In this document: positions 48,057 through 50,058 of the stretch, in pieces
Layout: each line of letters begins with the position of its first letter
How positions within the stretch are numbered: position 1 is the first letter of the stretch
Assembly (NCBI GenBank): GCA_013166835.1
Contig: JABLTI010000008.1
Coordinates: 1-50,058 of the forward strand
Direction of reading: 5' to 3'
Origin: Promethearchaeati archaeon
Lineage (GTDB): Archaea; Asgardarchaeota; Heimdallarchaeia; JABLTI01
DNA length: 50,058 nt
Position numbers and translations under genes: made by a program
Notes under the pieces: model-generated
Databases searched by the model: none
What the model was told of the DNA's origin: nothing
The model's input: only the letters and a program-made list of their open reading frames with translations

Positions 48057-49394
48057 ATGAGCGAAAATATCGACTGTAATCTCAGTGTAGGCGTTACTGA
48101 GACAGGTAAAATAGGAGAAGACATTATAATTGGAATTTTATCAATTGAAAAAGAAAATGAGATAATATTACTCGTTAACAATTTATTATATTCTAACCAC
48201 ATTGTTAATTTAATAGGTGTTCCAGCCAGTAAAAAAACTCAAACAGCTAGTTTAGACCCACAAATACATAAACGATATATAGCAAATTTAATGAGAAATA
48301 ATAACATAAATTTATCCCTTTTTAGACTACAACCTCATGAACAATTTAAACTCGTACAAGAAATCTCGATTTTAGAAGGACAAAAATTATACGAGATTGG
48401 GAAATCACTAGACTCATCAAATTATCAATACATAAGTAAAGCCTTGCAGTTAAGATATCAATATCCAAAATTATTCGTTGAAACATTTATTAAATCTTTA
48501 ATTCAATACTTGGCATTAAATCAGATAGTTAAAGAAGCAGATTGTGGTCATGCAGAACTTTTCAAACAAAATATCATTGAAGAACGAAGAATGGCTTTAC
48601 ATATTATTGTGAACGGAGGAGCCCAATATAGTTCCTATCAAGACATCCTCAATGACAATTTGAAAAACTTCTGGAACAAAATAAAAACAACAGAAGCATC
48701 AAAATTCTATTGGAACCTAATGGTAGCAACACATGGGATACAAAATGCGAAAAGCTATTACCCAGTTGTTTCCACAGTAGATTTTGTAACATCAAAAATG
48801 AATACAAATATCAATAATTTCCTCTATTCTGGAAATACTCTTAATGATATCACCGCAGAGAGTATTTTAGCTCAAACAGATCATGTGGGAAAATCAATCC
48901 TCGAAGAGCTCCATGAGCATTATTTAGAAAGAACCGGATCCACTTTTAGACCACCAAAACTGTGGCGAATAGGCGATTTCAATGACCTAGGTGAATATGA
49001 ACTTACACTACCATATTTAATGCTGCAAAAATCAATAAAAGAGAAAAAAATAACTGCGAGAGAAGTGGATGATAATGTCGAGAGCATCGATCGTTTCTAT
49101 CAATACAACAATCCTCTCGAGAGAGACGCTTTCATAATTGGGAAAATAAAAGAGAAAGACAAAGACAAAATAGAAGCACTAAGAGAATTAGGTATAGAAG
49201 GAATAACAATTGTTGATGAGAGTCTCATAGAAGAATATCGAACACTGCTAAATGATATTGGAAACTTTGTACAACAAGATGATTGTATCATCACAAACGA
49301 GGATCAAAAAGCAATTCTAGGGAAAATTGCAGCGTTTGAGAAAACAGATTTCAAGAAAATAGATAAAGTAAAAATTCCTGCTAATGTTATATGA
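48057..49394 (+). CDS. Hypothetical protein with probable inactive RNase HII-like N-terminal domain
   Basis: GVTETGK, GVPASKK, IIVNG and NAKSYYPVVS occur in RNase HII motif order. Confidence 0.6.
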   Translation: MSENIDCNLSVGVTETGKIGEDIIIGILSIEKENEIILLVNNLLYSNHIVNLIGVPASKKTQTASLDPQIHKRYIANLMRNNNINLSLFRLQPHEQFKLVQEISILEGQKLYEIGKSLDSSNYQYISKALQLRYQYPKLFVETFIKSLIQYLALNQIVKEADCGHAELFKQNIIEERRMALHIIVNGGAQYSSYQDILNDNLKNFWNKIKTTEASKFYWNLMVATHGIQNAKSYYPVVSTVDFVTSKMNTNINNFLYSGNTLNDITAESILAQTDHVGKSILEELHEHYLERTGSTFRPPKLWRIGDFNDLGEYELTLPYLMLQKSIKEKKITAREVDDNVESIDRFYQYNNPLERDAFIIGKIKEKDKDKIEALRELGIEGITIVDESLIEEYRTLLNDIGNFVQQDDCIITNEDQKAILGKIAAFEKTDFKKIDKVKIPANVI

Positions 49395-49450
49395 TGTAAT
49401 AAACAAGCTATTAGAGGTCAGCTAAAGAAATAAAGAATCCCTCTAAAGCT

Positions 49451-49999
49451 TTATTCTTTTTTCTCATTATTATGAATCTCAAGAACTTTTTTACGAACTT
49501 CTGAAGAACTACTCAAATCTCCACTCTCAAAATGAGGTAAACGAAAAACAGTGATTTTCAAGTGATGTTCTTTAATAAATTCAAGAAGAGGTTTATCATT
49601 TGGTAACTGATCATAACCAAGAATAATAAAATCAGGTTTAATGTCCAAGATTATATCAAAATAATTTTCTCCTTCCTTTCCAAGTTGTGCATAATCAACC
49701 ACACGCAGACCACTAATAAGCTTCAATCTTTGATCTTCAGTAAAAATTGGTTTACGTCCTTTGATTCGCTCGATAGAACTATCCCGAGCAAGAACAACAA
49801 CAAGTTCACAATCATTACAATTCGCAGTTTGTCTAGCTTCAACTAAGAACTTTAAATGTGCAGGATGTATAATATCATACGTTCCAAACACCAATACTCT
49901 TGCCTGTTCTTTTATTTTAGGGGGTTTTAGAACAAAGTATTGTTCTTCATTCCTATTTGTTGAAGCTTTTTTTGTCGTTGTTAGATCCTCCAATAACAC
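49451..49999 (-). CDS. ribL: Archaeal FAD synthase (cytidylyltransferase family)
   Basis: FGTYDIIHPAH, VVVLARD, KGRKPI, KPDFIILGYDQ and SSSEVR. Confidence 0.82.
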   Translation of the reverse strand: MLLEDLTTTKKASTNRNEEQYFVLKPPKIKEQARVLVFGTYDIIHPAHLKFLVEARQTANCNDCELVVVLARDSSIERIKGRKPIFTEDQRLKLISGLRVVDYAQLGKEGENYFDIILDIKPDFIILGYDQLPNDKPLLEFIKEHHLKITVFRLPHFESGDLSSSSEVRKKVLEIHNNEKKE

Positions 50000-50058
50000 T
50001 ACTTTGCTTTGAAATCAAGTCTTTTTATAACTTTTTAAGCGATTTATTATCAAATTTC

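Noticed and set aside
505-50012. Many 60-130 aa ORFs antisense to or overlapping long genes (e.g. 976-1260, 1935-2309, 9117-9449, 22817-23119, 31316-31639, 37175-37399)
   Set aside because: Shadow ORFs of well-supported genes, with no motifs or RBS and Ser/Ile/Phe-biased antisense composition.
1-50058. CRISPR array, rRNA, transposase/integrase, or selenocysteine/pyrrolysine read-through
   Set aside because: No regularly spaced repeats, rRNA-like tracts or recombinase motifs seen; recognised proteins end at their expected C-termini.

Overview
AT-rich archaeal chromosomal window, most likely from an Asgard archaeon. This is inferred from archaeal core genes (PolD large subunit DP2, Tsr3, RibL, translin, GGPP synthase, DUF2095) occurring with eukaryote-like proteins (Rab-like GTPase, roadblock/LC7, a DA1-type LIM-like peptidase, DENN-like and gelsolin-like domains). 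It holds about 48 CDS, one tRNA-Asn(GTT) and a LAGLIDADG intein in the PolD active site; no CRISPR, rRNA or transposase was seen. Most notable: (1) a five-gene, translationally coupled Mrp/complex-I-like membrane-arm operon (32116-36794) whose ORFs are intact but which has lost most of the charged residues needed for ion pumping and has no redox subunits nearby; (2) a 1.2-kb integrase-free, single-gene islet bounded by a 29/31 duplication of the tRNA-Asn 3' end; (3) two tandem paralogous six-cysteine micro-proteins; (4) apparent pseudo-enzymes (an RNase HII-like protein beside translin, and a GlmU with a dead nucleotidyltransferase domain); (5) scattered parts of a possible small-GTPase regulatory toolkit. 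All family assignments come from motif recognition by eye; no searches were run.
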